NCBI GenBank assembly: GCA_004764695.1
Contig: SMSO01000035.1
Coordinates: 1,302,001 to 1,366,000, forward strand
DNA length: 64,000 nucleotides
From: Schizochytrium sp. TIO01
Taxonomy: Eukaryota; Protista; Bigyra: Labyrinthulomycetes
Direction of reading: 5' to 3'
Shown here: in pieces, positions 1-11,990 of the stretch
Position numbering within the stretch: position 1 is the stretch's first letter
Layout of the letters: each line of letters begins with the position of its first letter
Program-made: the position numbers and the translations under genes
Notes under the pieces: generated by a model
Told to the model about the DNA's origin: nothing
What the model saw: only the letters and a program-made list of their open reading frames with translations
Databases searched by the model: none

Positions 1-1261
1 TGATACTAGTTGATGACCCAAAGACATAACATAGGGTAATGTCATGTGTAATTGTTTTGACAAGTGTTTTTGCCCAAGTTAGAGGATTGGTAAGAACAGT
101 CTGTGAGTAAACGTGACGATAATCTCCATGGAGGGCTTTGGAAATGCTTCTATCAATTTTCAGTCTAAAACTACTTTTGAAATGGCCAAGCATGTAGCCT
201 GTATTTGTAGTTCATTTCCTCTTGGCGTACTTATGCTATCGTGCTGCATACCCAAAAGTTGATTGATTTACTATTGTACCTAATCAAGCACGCTAACTTG
301 TGTTTCTGAGACAGCACTTTCTGCCGGAGCATTATTTGAGGGCGCACCCTCCAACTTGTGCACATTTTGTCAGTTTCAAGAGCAGCACTGCAGATACCAG
401 CTGATGTGCCAACCAACCAAACAACGCTGCACCTAAGAACACCTCATTTAGACTTATTGCCAAGCTAAAACGCCGCACGACCAGGGCACCTCTCAAACAA
501 ATCTATCTTGGGAGAACATGCGTTTCACTGGAGCCTTATCTACATGAATAGGCCAATATACCCCTTATATTGTTGATCTACCTAGTTCTCATGCGTCTAT
601 GATCCTACAGTAGAAGTAGTATGTAGCGCACTTCCCTCGCCGCACATCTACAGAATAACTTATGTACAGCTAGCCAAGCGCGCGTGTTGAACACCTTTCT
701 GCTACACTATTCAAGTGAGCACTTTGGCAATCGATGCGAGCTCCTATTTATTATTCATTGCTACTGCCTACCTACTCATAATAATACCAAACAGTTCGAT
801 GCACAAGTCTTCGAGGTCCGCCTTTACAGCTGACTATCCTGAAATCGATTGCTCTTTTTTCATGAGTCTAGCTAGGTTTCCAAGAACTGCGAAAATAGAT
901 TCCTTTGCAAAGTATGCACAAGTTTGGCCATGAGTACTACTACTAACTACAGCCTAGGTAAATAGACACCTTCAGGTCGACGGCGAGATCTGCCTAAGAT
1001 CTTGTTTCACTGGCAGTTCGATTGTGTATGTGTGCATGGCCATCGTCCACATTGAGCGCCATGACTTGTCTACTTAAGCATAGTACCTCCTACTACAATA
1101 AAACTCAATCGTAGGTAGGTGCTTAGATAGGTTGTAGGCACCTAGGTAGAAGGCGATTTGGCAGCTTGGGTGGTTCTAATTGTGTGTTTGCCGGAGGTAC
1201 GCAACCGCCTCAGGTTGGCTCGACTCAGCACGAGCGTTTTCGTTGTTTTTCACGTCGTAGG

Positions 1262-1345
1262 TTTATTTATTTGTTTGTTTATTTGTTTGTTTGTTTGTCT
1301 GTTTATTTGTTTATTTGTTTGTTTGTTTGTTTATTTGTTTGTTTG
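1262..1345. repeat. (TTTG/TTTA)n microsatellite
   Basis: Directly visible tetranucleotide tract. Confidence 0.9.
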
Positions 1346-2553
1346 TGCATGAGCTTTTCAAGTCTAGGAAACAAAGCACCTACGAGGTACTTACTATTTA
1401 CCTAAGCAGCAATCAGATAGTGCGTGAGTCTTTGCACCGCGATCTCAGGGTTTGTGGCCCTGTTCTCCTGGCAATCGTCAGACAATTCGACAATCTACTC
1501 TTGCCTGTGATTGATTTGCAGAATCTTGCCAGACGATTTCCACCGAAGATGTTGTGAAGCTCGCTGTGTGTTCTCCAATTCTATACCTAGGTACTAGTTG
1601 CCTCCAGGAACTCGAAGACCCTGCACAACTCTGCGAGCTTCCAAAGTTAATGGACGATTGTATTCGATACCTCCATACCTTTTCTGTAGACCCGAGCAAC
1701 CTACAACTTTCGGTGGGAAGTCACGCTGCTCCTCCCAAACCCGAGCTTCTCCAAAGACGCACGCACGGACTGGGCATTCGTATTCACATCCATGGCGAGT
1801 AGTTGCCATTCCACACGTCTCCAACGTGAAGACCGCCGCTCGCATCACTGATGCCGATCATTCATGGTGGTGCTCTGGAGTCCGTCCTCAAGTTGACATC
1901 TTTCTTCAGAATGCTTAGCAAGGGCACAAGCTGGCAGGAGTCTGCACCGCCAAGCGTGGTTCTCTTTAACGTTCTCCGAGCGAGCGTCGAATTCCTCACT
2001 CACCATCAAATCAATGACTGACTGCACTTGCTGCACGTGAGGGAGGGAGGCCTTGGCAAGTTGACTTATTAAGTGAAAAAACGTGCCGCTCGCTTTTTGC
2101 CACCAACGGCCTGCTCTACCGTCCTGAGACTTCCTTCCACGACCAGCTCTTCCAGGCAAGCTCGCCTCTTCTCGCAGAGACAGCTAGCTGCGTGCCATCG
2201 CTCATCGCCTTGGAGCTTCTTGGAGTCTCTTCAAGTTGATTCTCCAAGGCTGTCTCGGCGAGAATCGAGCTCGCGCCCCTTTTCGCCTTCGCAGAGATCA
2301 CGGCCGCGTGCCCCAATTTACTCCCCTATTACCCCCCTTCAGCCATCGCCTCCAGCGCTCCCAAGCGCCAGACCGTGCACAGTAGGGGTCACATTGGAAC
2401 TGTTTCCCACACGTGCGCGAGACACGCGTTCGCCCTTCTTTTCCTCTGCCGCTTCCTCCTCCTTGCGCTTAGAGACACATACGCGAAGTCCCAATCTGCT
2501 GCGCAGAGTTAGATACAGGAATAAGCAGTTGGGCGGGGAGGAAACTTTCAGTG

Positions 2554-2618
2554 CATTCATTCATTCATTCATTCATTCATTCATTCATTCATTCATTCAT
2601 TCATTCATTCATTCATTC
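2554..2618. repeat. (CATT)n microsatellite
   Basis: Directly visible perfect tract. Confidence 0.95.
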
Positions 2619-3924
2619 GCTTATTCGTAGTAGAAGGTAAAGGATGAAAATGTGTCATAGATTGATCTAGCAACTGCTTAAAGATTGTGCATTCGTGGGG
2701 CAGATACAGGTTTAGTAGGGGGTTGGAGGAGAAAAAGTTAGTTATTAATGTCGAGGTGCTTTTGGGTGTTTTTGTGGGTTGTTTTGGTTTGAAGAGTTGA
2801 AGAGTCATAATTGCAACGCGAGGTTGGCGGTGGCACCCGAGGTGGACGACTCCGTCAGGTCGAGGTCTTGGACGCAGCTCGCCATTGGAACTGGTGTTAG
2901 GACTGCCGGTCTGCGCTACGGAAGGCCTCACGGTCCCGCGATCGCTGACCAGCTCGCCCTCGAGGCACGGAGGCGGTGGCTTGAACGGGGCGCGCGCCAG
3001 ATTTGCAAAGCATTCCTCATCGGTCCGAGCGCGTGAAGAACTATAAGTTGAAGAACACATACAAACGAGACAAGTGCTCGTACTAGAGTCGCTGTAGATT
3101 CCGCGCTACAAAGCTAGCTTGAAGGCTCCACGCGAAGCACCACGAGACCTGCAAGCTCTAGTTGTGCTGCTCCCTAGATATATAGCCAGCCAGCAAGCCG
3201 CCGCATATCTGCTGATCTTTAATAATTGCATCGTTAAAGAATAGCGAGCTCAGTGGCTATTGAGTAGTAGGTACTACCTAACCAATATTGTTACTTGGCA
3301 AGCCACGAGACAGCAGTAGAACAAGTACGTACCAGAAACCCCATCATAATCACCACCTTTAGTTTATAGTCATAGCTGATTCAACTGAAGGCCTTACGAT
3401 CAAACTGGAAACGCCCTCGCTCGCACACACCCACGTCTCCCGTGCCGCTGCAGCATAAAAGCCAAGTGTTTTCACCTTGATTAACTTGTAGTTTGGTTCT
3501 CTGTAAAGCTGAGTGGAAGGTTTTACACGCGTGCACTTCTGCTCTGCTAGTAGTAAATAGTACTTGATCACTTCCATCCCTCTTTGCAGATTGAATCATA
3601 CTACTGAGTCTGGTATCATCTCTGGCAGAGAGGGGGTGAGTGTACATTCATACCAAGAACGCCCCAAGCTCGCAGGTACCAGCGAGTGAATATTCAAGCA
3701 AACCCTCTTATCAAAGAAGGACAGCATTCTCCAAATATAGTGTTAAGCTCGGTGTCGCGACTATTTGGCCAGGGGTACTGTGTAGGGAGGCAGTAAACCG
3801 ATCAAGGAGGCGTACTTCTAGATTGCTTGAGCCAAAGTAGTTTTCATTTACTAGGAAAAGGAGTCGTATTGCGCGTGTTGGGTGGCCGCTCTCGCCTTGG
3901 CGAGCTTACATAACACAAGGAAAA

Positions 3925-6132
3925 ATGAGTTACTTTATGACAAAGATGATGGAGCGTCAGAATGGTGTTGAGGATCTGACGCTCATGAACAGTATTTCAG
4001 TCGAGAACATTGTGCAACAGCTCAAGTTTCGTCTAGACAAGAACAAGATTTACACTGCCGTCGGTGATGTAATTATCGCTGTTAACCCTTATCGCTCTCT
4101 CCCAATTTACGGTGAAAAGCACATTCGTATGTACCAAACAGCCAAGCTTTCAGACTCTTCACCCCATGTGTATGCTCTTGCGGAGCGTGCTTACCGTGGC
4201 ATGAAAGAAATGGGTCCACAAGCAGTCGTGATTAGTGGTGAATCAGGTGCTGGTAAGACTGAGTCTGCCAAGCTTCTGTTGCATTACGTTTCTAGTGTCT
4301 CGGGCTCTTCTCAAACAGCAGCTACAATGAAGCAAGTTATTCTTCAGTCAAACCCTTTGCTGGAGTCTTTCGGAAATGCCAAAACCATCCGTAACAACAA
4401 CTCCTCTCGCTTCGGTAAATATCTCGAGTTGCAGTTCAACAGCGCAGGCGAGCCTGTTGGAGGTATCACAAGCAACTTCCTACTCGAAAAAAGTCGTGTT
4501 GTATACGCTAACAAAGGAGAGCGTGGTTTTCACATCTTCTATGGCCTTCTTTCTGGTGGCTGGCCTGAGCTCTTGAGTCAATGCCAGATGGGACGTGCCG
4601 AGGATTATGCGTATCTGTCCCAAGGTGTTACTTATGTCGATGGTGTCGATGATGCTGCTGATTTCCAGGAGGTGCTTCAGGCACTGAACACAATTGCTGT
4701 ACCAATGGACCAGCAGTGGTACCTGTTTACAACCTTGGCAGGCATCTTGCACCTTGGAAATGCCATCTTAACTGGTCGGGATGCCCCCGCCCAGCTCCAG
4801 CAAGGTGGTGAATATTCACTAGAGATGGCAGCTTATCTTTTCGGTGTGGCCCCGCAGGATCTCCTTAAGGCTATCACCCACAAGACCGTGGCCATGGGTG
4901 GCCGACGTGCTAGTGTCGTAAACATCCCTCAAAATGCTGACCAGGCTACACAGATTCGCGATGCCTTGGCTAAGGAGATGTACAGTCGTATTTTTGATTT
5001 GATCGTTGCACAGCTTAACGCGGTCATGTATACCCGCGATGCACAGTATGGCAAGACAATTGGCATTTTGGATATTTATGGCTTTGAGATTTTCAAAGAC
5101 AATGGCTTTGAGCAACTCTGTATCAACTATGTGAATGAACAACTGCAGCAGATCTTTATTAGTCTGACCATTCGTGGTGAGCAAGAGCTTTACAAACAGG
5201 AGGGTCTTCCGTGGCGTGAAATTCAGTACTTTGACAACAAAACAGTCGTTGACTTGATTGAGGGTCGTAACCCTCCCGGTATCTTTCGTGTGCTGGATGA
5301 TACATGTCGCTCCTTACATGCTGTGGATTCTGATACAGCAGACACTAAATTTATTGAGAAACTCTCTATGTCAGCTGTGGCAAGTCACCCGCATCTCCGT
5401 ATCTTGAGCTCCACTTCTGCCTTTACTGCTGGGTTCACCATCAAGCATTACGCAGGTGATGTGACTTACTCAGTCAAGGACATGGCCTTTAAAAACATGG
5501 ATAACTTGTTTCACTCTTTGTCGAACTGCATGAAGGCTTCGACGAATCCGTTTGTTCAAATGTTGTGGAACCGTGAAGAGGATAACCAGGCTCATCGCCA
5601 GCCGACCACCTCGTCGACAAAAATTCGTACGTCGTGTGGTCAGCTAGTACAAACTTTGATGCGTTGTCAGCCCCACTATATTCGTTGCATCAAGCCAAAT
5701 GAACAAAAAGCCCCTATGAAGATTGAGGAGAAACGTGTGTTGCACCAGGTTCGCTACCTTGGTCTTCTTGAATCAGTTCGCGTTGCCAAGGCTGGGTATT
5801 CTTACAAGGCCACATTTGACATCTTTGTGCAGAGATTTTACACGCTTTGCCCAGGATTACAGCGCGGAGGTGTCGATGGCTGTCGCGAACTGATCGCTGC
5901 CATTGTGAAGAAGCATACCGACATCCCGAAAAGCGAATTTGTTTTTGGTCACACCCGCATTTTCATTTCCAGCCCGGAGACCATCTTTATGTTGGAGGAG
6001 TATCGTGAGCAGCAGCTTGACCCGGTCGGCTACGCAGCGAAGGTAAAGGAGTATGAACAGATGGAGGCTGCTGCTGAGCGCCAGGAGGCCAAGGTTTCAA
6101 CTCGCGGAGGTGGCTGCTGCATTATCTCATAA
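3925..6132 (+). CDS. Myosin (class-I-like motor domain, almost no tail, C-terminal CaaX)
   Basis: 735 aa ORF with P-loop GESGAGKT, LESFGNAKTIRNNNSSRFGKY (switch I), ILDIYGFEIF (switch II), RDALAK and PHYIRCIKPN; ends GGGCCIIS. Confidence 0.95.
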   Translation: MSYFMTKMMERQNGVEDLTLMNSISVENIVQQLKFRLDKNKIYTAVGDVIIAVNPYRSLPIYGEKHIRMYQTAKLSDSSPHVYALAERAYRGMKEMGPQAVVISGESGAGKTESAKLLLHYVSSVSGSSQTAATMKQVILQSNPLLESFGNAKTIRNNNSSRFGKYLELQFNSAGEPVGGITSNFLLEKSRVVYANKGERGFHIFYGLLSGGWPELLSQCQMGRAEDYAYLSQGVTYVDGVDDAADFQEVLQALNTIAVPMDQQWYLFTTLAGILHLGNAILTGRDAPAQLQQGGEYSLEMAAYLFGVAPQDLLKAITHKTVAMGGRRASVVNIPQNADQATQIRDALAKEMYSRIFDLIVAQLNAVMYTRDAQYGKTIGILDIYGFEIFKDNGFEQLCINYVNEQLQQIFISLTIRGEQELYKQEGLPWREIQYFDNKTVVDLIEGRNPPGIFRVLDDTCRSLHAVDSDTADTKFIEKLSMSAVASHPHLRILSSTSAFTAGFTIKHYAGDVTYSVKDMAFKNMDNLFHSLSNCMKASTNPFVQMLWNREEDNQAHRQPTTSSTKIRTSCGQLVQTLMRCQPHYIRCIKPNEQKAPMKIEEKRVLHQVRYLGLLESVRVAKAGYSYKATFDIFVQRFYTLCPGLQRGGVDGCRELIAAIVKKHTDIPKSEFVFGHTRIFISSPETIFMLEEYREQQLDPVGYAAKVKEYEQMEAAAERQEAKVSTRGGGCCIIS

Positions 6133-7276
6133 AATCTGCCATGGCTATCACTTGCATTTTACATGCTACGTTGTTCCGGTGGCTCCTGTTTGCCTTCAGT
6201 TTGCTGCTGATTATACCCCTTTTAATTTGAAGATCAGGAAGCATCTATGGTCGCTATTTGCGATCATAGATTATCTGTTATGCTCGAAGATCTCTGTGCG
6301 TAAGAAAACAACACTGCAAGCGATGTCCATGTATCCATGCATTTGATCTGTATTTAGAAATCTCCCCGTCTATATAGTATTAGGAGACATACAGTCAACG
6401 CTGATATGGTTTAGGGTGACTCTTGCGAATGATTAAGAGTAAGAGTCTAGACATTGGTTTGTTCGTGATCTGTTTGATTCGGCTGTTCTGAAGCCGATAC
6501 TGTCGTCGCTGTTTATTTTGTTGTTGCTATTTTGTTGGTGTTATTGTTGTTGTTTTATCTTTTATGATGATTGATGGACACCCTGAAGATTACCTCGTTT
6601 ACCTGTCCATCACTTGTTGATAATGCTCATGATGATGATAATGATAATCATTTTTACTTTTGTGAACTGTTCTGTCTCTTGACTCCATGCTATATTTGTA
6701 GTAAATGTAATGTGTCTAATATGCCGCACTCTATTGAAGTCACATACATACTCTTTGGCGCAACTCGATTTCGATTAAATCTTTCAAAGGTGGCTAATCA
6801 GTCTCGCATGAACGAGCAAGCTTCCTGCATAAATGATTAAATGATGCCGGCGTTCTTAACATCTTTGATAAGACTGACTCCCGGTGTGTTTTGTACACCC
6901 AGTTCAAGCCTTCAGAAATCTAGTACAGAAAAAGCAAGGGTTATATCTATCTTTTGATCTGATCTATCTTTTGATTTCCTGAGAAACATTCTTTTGAGTT
7001 TCATGTCCTCATGCCAAGTTTACACTGTTTCTATAATGAACAAACAAACTTCTATCAGTTTTCTTTCCAAAACCTCACATGAGTAACTTGTATTCTTAAT
7101 CTGAAATTATAAGGTTACATCAAAGTATGACAGTGTTTTGCATTTCGGAGATTCTATTTGACTCGAGAATATCTGGAAGCAACTAAATTGTATGATGAAT
7201 TGAATCTTATAAAGAAGCAATATGGATTAGATAGTACGGTGAAGAGACTTCTTTTCACTGGGGTTATGTAGAATAG

Positions 7277-8909
7277 CTAGGTCTTCATTTTCATGAAACG
7301 AGCAAGAACATGCTTCGCAGAAAGCTGCTTTGCACCTGCAACACTATTCGGTAGAACCGCGTGAAATTTGAAGATGTTTTCTAGGTTGGGTGCCGCTCGT
7401 GTGGGTTTCTCACATACTTTGCAGCAGAGAATACACTTACCTCTTTGTGAAGGCTTACTAGCAGGGGTGAATGATACATAACAGTGATATTCAGAAGACT
7501 GCAAACGCGTTTGTAGCAACTTTGGAAGAAGCTTCTTTCTTGCTAAACTTCCTGGCTGTTTTGTTACTTGTTCAACTGTTTGCTTGCTCTGCAGAACTCA
7601 ATCATGTGTACCGATACACGATGTATTGAAAGACGGTGTGCCGACGAAGAGGTTTTCTTTAACTAAAGGAGAATCGAGCCTTTGCAGCATCTTACGTACA
7701 TATCCCTTGGCCATGCATCCTTAAATCGACGCAAACAGGTTGTGTAGGAACGCGTGGTATGACAAATATGGCCTACGCGGTCTTCGTTGCTCAAACGTTG
7801 TATCCTTATGAACATCAAAGCCAGTACATGCTACACAAGTTTAAGAGGATATAATTAAGAAAGTTTTTCCAGATCAGAGCATCGGGATTGAGCTTCGAAG
7901 ACTCTAACTTTGAATTAGAAACAACATTTCAGAGTGTGACAATTCCTCCCATCATTGCAGTCCTGTACATTTCAATTTTTGGACGAATCCTTTTGCTAGA
8001 GGCGGTATCCTGTAGGCAACAAGATCATCGTAGTGACGTCTCCAGAGCTGCAAATATAATTCCACAGTACAGTATGATGGTCTTGTGCACACCCAAAGAT
8101 ACTTGAGCATTCTGCTGTCACATACGGGACAGGTTGAGGTTGTGGACCGGAAGCAAAACCTAAGTATTCCTTAGAGAATATTCTATCCACCTCGCCCTGC
8201 CCTCATCGTCGCCACGAAACACAACTACTTGCAAGATTTCTAAGGGAGGTGCATTGCGAGTAATATTATGGGAACATCCAAATCTGCAGCATGGTGCATG
8301 CACTGTACACGACATAAGAGGCATGAAACAACAAGACTATGCAACTTATCGTCACCGCAGATACATTCTTGAAACGTGTCAAATTGCTGAACGCGAGCAT
8401 GTCGTCGTGCACGATTTAATTTAAAGCGCAAAAAGCACTAATGATACTATCTTCCCCAATTGGACATTTCAACAGGACACCAGATCCATCAAGGGAGTGT
8501 GCGAGGAAGGGTATATCGCAATTCACGATGAGTTCATATTCGCAGAGACATTCATCTCTGTATGTACCAACTGATGATATGTCAATGGATTCGTCCAAGC
8601 TCATGATTAGGATCTCTCCTTGCTTTCAGTCCCCGTTGCACATGAGCTGCTGTACGATGGTCCTTTTGGGAGAGGTCTTGTTAATATCAGCAAGTTTGGT
8701 CGTTCGATATGGGAATTCTCGAGCTTATGAACCTCCTCATCTTCTACAATGTTGTCTATGTCATGGACGCTGCCTATTATTGCTACAACTGTCAACTCTT
8801 CATAAAACTGACGTATGTAGTACCCATGTTTGATATGGGCTTGAAGCATAAAAAACACCCGCAAAAAAGCCATTTCCAGGGAAATGTCTTCCCAGCCTAA
8901 CAGGCGCAT
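7277..8909 (-). mobile_element. Decayed DNA-transposon-like ORF with YqaJ/lambda-exonuclease-like motifs and a piggyBac-like C-terminal part
   Basis: Successive minus-strand fragments with stops/frameshifts: LCEYELIVNCDIPFLAHSLDGSGVLLKCP (cf. YqaJ GL..HP..PFLGASPDG..EIKCP), RVQCMHHA, LWNYICSSGDVTT and terminal GKCILCCKVC. Motif recognition by eye only. Confidence 0.45.
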
Positions 8910-10109
8910 TTAAGGAACTTGGGTGCAGGCTTGACAAGCCGTGAGTTTGGGTATGAGAAGCGTATGCTAATTAAAAATAAATCATGCTGCTTAATTAAGA
9001 TTTTTCCATCACAAAATGCAATCCATTGCCGCGCGCCAGCAAATCTATGACCTTCGCAAGTTTATATCGCTCTCTGATACGTTGCAATCACTAAAGCCAG
9101 GCAGCTTGGAATGCAGCTGTTTGTTGTTTTCCCTTTTTGACTTTGGAAGAAGAGATTAAGCATCGAGCAACTCTATTGTACACGAGAAAAAGGCCGAAAA
9201 TCTAGACTGCGAAATTAAAGATTCTGTGTCCCCGCTCAGTTCCACCCGCACTATATCACCATCGAGATGGACTAGATCATTAGCTACCTAATAAACCTAG
9301 TGAGTTGTGGTCCCGAAGTCAGTCTTGCTGCATTTGGGACAGGCGTGTTGTCTCCCATGGAGCACAAATTCATCCATAATTAGAAGTACTCCAAGCCTGC
9401 ATGTCTCCGCGATAAGAAATGCGTAACCCCCGCTTCTTTAAGAAAAACAAAACACTGTAGATTAATTTCCAGCGTTTATTCCCCTTGGAATGTCCATACC
9501 TTTCGTCCTCGCGGGGACCAAGACTTTGCCCCTAATTCGAAGACATCTATTCCAAATGTTTACCCTGTTCTTTCAACTGCCTCATTTTATGTGAGAGATT
9601 GATTCATCCATTCAAGCTACTACAGAGCAGGAACTCGCGGCGTCTATTCTTCTTCTTTAGTTCATTCGAGTACGTTCAAATTATCCGGCCATCAGCGCAG
9701 CCAGGAGATCAAATGATTGCTCGTAGAACAGCCTTCGAATTCGGATTCGGCCTCCATCTAATTTTGCAATATAAAATACATATATGATGGTCTAACTATC
9801 AGGTCGCAGTTTACGTTACATGAAAAACAAACAAACAAATTCACATATATATATACAAACCAAAAAAGCATCAAACATCAAGGTCTCATGAACCTTCTTT
9901 GACTCTGATAAGTAGAAATTAGGTGGCACCTAGGTAGCTGTGTGCCTTCTGGGTCTCTTCTCTCTTGGCGGCCTTGTCTGTTCTTGTCTGTCCATCCAAT
10001 GATCCTTCGGCACAACCAAAAGGAAACGACTCATCGAAGTCGTCTATCCTCCTATATTGGTTTCCCAGTTCCGCCTCTATTCACTAATACTTCGACTACT
10101 ATAAAACAA

Positions 10110-10110
10110 A

Positions 10111-10166
<56 letters not shown>

Positions 10167-10168
10167 AA
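10110..10168. repeat. (AAAG)n microsatellite
   Basis: Directly visible. Confidence 0.95.
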
Positions 10169-11947
10169 ACTTCGGGTTTCCATGCGGCGGCGCTTAATCT
10201 TAAAGATTCGATCATCCCAGACTGTCTCAGACTGCCTGAGTAGTTAACGAAAAGACAGACCACCATCGTCGCCGCCATCAGAGCAGTCTGTGCTGGACAT
10301 CCCGCGCATGTTCTTCATGTTCTTTCCACCTCTCTGTATCATGGCATGGGTTTGGCAACGCGCTTCACTTACCATCCACCCACTTGAATTGAGGAGTCGT
10401 GGGTGCTGGCATGACGCACATTTATCGTTGGTTACGATAATGATCCCATTTCGTTGCTAGGGACGTTTCCTCAATACGCACTTTCACTCACCTCTTTGCC
10501 TTTGCCTTTCTTTCCTTTTTCTTTTCTTTTCTTTTCTTCATTCACTTCATTATCAGGCCTATTATCAGGCCTATTATCGGCTAGCTGCCGTCTATCGTTT
10601 GCTATTATCATCAAGAATGTCTATTTTTATCATGTTTTAAAAAATAAAATTGTAATGTTTTAAAATAAATAAATAAAAATGCTGTAAGGCGAGACAAGAA
10701 AGCAGAATTAAAGGGTTGTGATCGATCGATCCGCTGGCACTAGGCCCTGCTTCTTCCTTGGGCGTACGCACTCCCGGGTCCACTTGCGATTTTTGAGAGG
10801 TAGACATTGAAGTTAACAGCATCGTCATTGGCCAATCAACTGAAAGCAAAATTGATGAGCGAGCGCGCAAAAAGTGCGATTTCCACGAATTCAATTGACT
10901 GACACCCACACCTCGACGTAATACTCTTCTTTCGTGACCCCCTATGCCTCTATCTTACGAGGGGGGGTCTATAGGCGAGGGGGCTCCCGGGGACTCTGTG
11001 TATCAACCTAGTGAATCGTCAATCGATCCCACGATTGCGTCAACTTGAAGACCAAACCTTGAAGTTGATCTGCTCTGATACCGTGCTCTCCATTGGCCAA
11101 CGAAGTTGATCAGGTCGAACGCCCAACCATAACGGCAGCGAGGAAATAAGGAATCACTTCCAGCGAACTTGGTCTCAACTATGGCTAAGATCTGACCGCG
11201 TCGCTGAGTTCCTGACAGAGTTAAAACGAAAATGGTCGATTCCTTTGTAAGTCTGGTTTTCTAAAGAAATCAGTACCGCGGAATCAGCCTCAGACAAAAC
11301 AGCTTTTCAATTTCTACCATAGGCAGTGCTATCAACAGCTTACGACGCAACTTAAGACTCGAGCGGCTCGTCTACAAGAAGATTGAGAGAAGTTTCGCGT
11401 TTCTTAGCTCTAGCAACAGTTCCTTTCTCAAATGCAATAGCAGCAATAATAATAAAAAGAATACCTGCATCCTCTCGGAGACCCTCGTCACACGATCCCT
11501 CTTTTTGAAGCCAATGATCGAAAAACCAAATAAAAAACCAAACGAGGGCGAGGGATCCAAGTTGGAATTGGTGGTCCCTTTTTGATTTTGTTTGACTTTA
11601 AATTTTTATTACGATATATATTTCACTATGAGATAATACATGCTATTTCTAACGAGCTCTAAACAGCAGCTGCGGGCGGGACCACTGAGAGCCCATTCAT
11701 TCATTCATAAGACGCGCTTTTCGAGTTCCGGCGTCGGATGAAGCCATGGCCATGGATTGACGCGATGGAAACCTGCGCATGCATGCAAATGCATGGTCCT
11801 TCAAGCACCCTCAGCCTTCCATGCTTCGGCTTACGACCTCAATGTAATCTTTCAGAAATAGCTCGGAAAGAGGGTGCGAGAAGAAGCTAGTAGCTAGTCC
11901 GCCAACTAACACAAAGCAGCAAAACGACCCGAAGTAAGCAAGTAAGC

Positions 11948-11990
11948 AAAACAAACAAACAAACAAACAAACAAACAAACAAACAAACAA
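11948..11990. repeat. (AAAC)n microsatellite
   Basis: Directly visible. Confidence 0.9.

Noticed and set aside
1158-1557. Short hydrophobic ORFs (LFICLFVCLF...)
   Set aside because: Translations of the TTTG/TTTA microsatellite
1413-2159. Minus-strand frame of ~250 codons with few stops; SDAS/LRTDS words in another frame suggestive of RNase H
   Set aside because: Motifs are in the wrong order and no family could be recognised; at most an unidentifiable decayed gene
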